Positions 63,153 to 64,000 of a DNA stretch of 64,000 nt are shown one piece after another. Numbering within the stretch: the first letter of the stretch is position 1; every line of letters begins with the position of its first letter. Both the position numbers and the translations under genes were made by a program. Source of the stretch: Vicugna vicugna (taxonomy: Eukaryota); assembly GCA_013265495.1 (NCBI GenBank), contig MU061544.1:334214-398213 (forward strand), given 5' to 3'. The notes beneath the pieces were generated by a model. It worked only from the letters and a program-made list of their open reading frames with translations, ran no database searches and had not been told where the DNA came from.

Positions 63153-63295
63153 GAGACAAAAACTTAGAAAAAGGTGATAAAACAAATGTGACAAAATATT
63201 AACAACTGATTAATCTGGTTGAAGAATATATGAGCATCCTTTATTCTTTCCTTGCAACTTCTCTGTAATTTTACAAGTTTTAAAAAGAAAGTATT
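62785..63295 (+). mobile_element. Old L1 (L1MC/ME-type) 3' UTR fragment with (TA)n at 63122-63148
   Basis: ACATATGACAACTAAATGCAA...TATTTTGGGACAATT...AAATTTCCTGACTTTG...AACAAATGTGACAAAATATTAACAACTG.TTAATCTGG...CTTGCAACTTCTCTGTAATTT. Confidence 0.75.
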
Positions 63296-63299
63296 AAAA

Positions 63300-63760
63300 A
63301 TGGCTATTAAACAGTACATATTGGCAGGCACTGTTCTAGATTAACAAGAAAATAATGTAGCTAAAAATCATGGTGCTTGGATTCTAGTGGACGAAAACAG
63401 ATAAAAACAGCAAACCAGTAAATAAACTAATTAATTTTGAATAGTGATGCAGTTGAAGAAATACAGAGGGTAGTACCATAATATGGTAGAAAGAATTGGA
63501 GTGAAGGGTGTTATTTATATGTGTTGATACCAGAAGGCTTCCCAGAGGAAGTCATTTGGAACTGGGCTAATCATTGGGATATCTTCGGAAAAGACATCCA
63601 GACAGATGCCCTTGAGATTGGACAATGCTTTGTAAGACAAGAAACAAAGGAAGGCCAATGTAAATAGAGCTTAGTGAACTACCAGGGAGTTCATAAAAGA
63701 TTGAGGTTAAAGTTTAGATCATTCTGCTTACTTAAATTTTTATTTCTGGGTAGGACATTC
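63300..63760 (-). mobile_element. L2 fragment
   Basis: CAGGCACTGTTCTAGA...ATTCTAGTGG...CAGAAGGCTTCCCAGAGGAAGTCATTTG...GAAGGCCAATGT. Confidence 0.65.
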
Positions 63761-64000
63761 TGCTCTCTGAAGAGACTAAAGCTGAGACAATTCTGGATCC
63801 TGAAGGCTACAGGTAAAGGTGCTGTCATAATAGACAACCCCTAGATGACCTACCAGCCAGAGCTAGAATGGACTAGATAGTTAACATTAATATGAGCATT
63901 GGTTAAACTTAAGGGTACATGTGGCTTGGCCTCCCTCTTCTGGAGAATAGACTACAAACTGAATTGTTTCCTTTGAGCTAGAGCTTCCTATTCCCCATAT

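Noticed and set aside
1..64000. CRISPR arrays, operons, rRNA, NUMT, or non-retroviral endogenous viral genes
   Set aside because: No regularly spaced repeat-spacer array, no long ORFs, and no recognisable mitochondrial, rRNA or viral protein motifs. The composition is mammalian repeat-rich non-coding DNA.

Overview
This is an AT-rich, CpG-poor mammalian non-coding window (intergenic or deep intronic) dominated by transposable-element fossils. I cannot support any protein-coding gene, true tRNA, rRNA, CRISPR array or other prokaryote-type system. Four short tRNA-Ala-derived SINEs (vic-1-like) and artiodactyl-type L1 3' ends suggest a camelid genome (camel/alpaca/llama); I saw no Bov-A/BovB or PRE-1 copies. 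This species call is an inference. The window holds six ERV1-class solo LTRs, all in the first 14.1 kb and four with perfect 4-bp TSDs. It also holds several MaLR/ERVL LTRs (MLT1, MLT2B, LTR16-like), hAT MITEs (MER58A, MER5, MER3, MER45-like), young and old L1 fragments, many L2/MIR relics, and an L3/CR1 relic that still shows reverse-transcriptase motifs. The observations most worth checking are an unexplained 129-codon ORF in a GC-richer island (46.8-47.2 kb), a small L1 with a twin-priming 5' inversion, a three-level nested insertion, the ERV1 LTR cluster, and two repeat-free motif clusters (56.1-56.7 kb, 61.0-61.2 kb) that may be enhancers. I found no convincing previously undescribed biological system. 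Repeat family names come from my recall of consensus sequences, not a database search, and boundaries of old elements are approximate.
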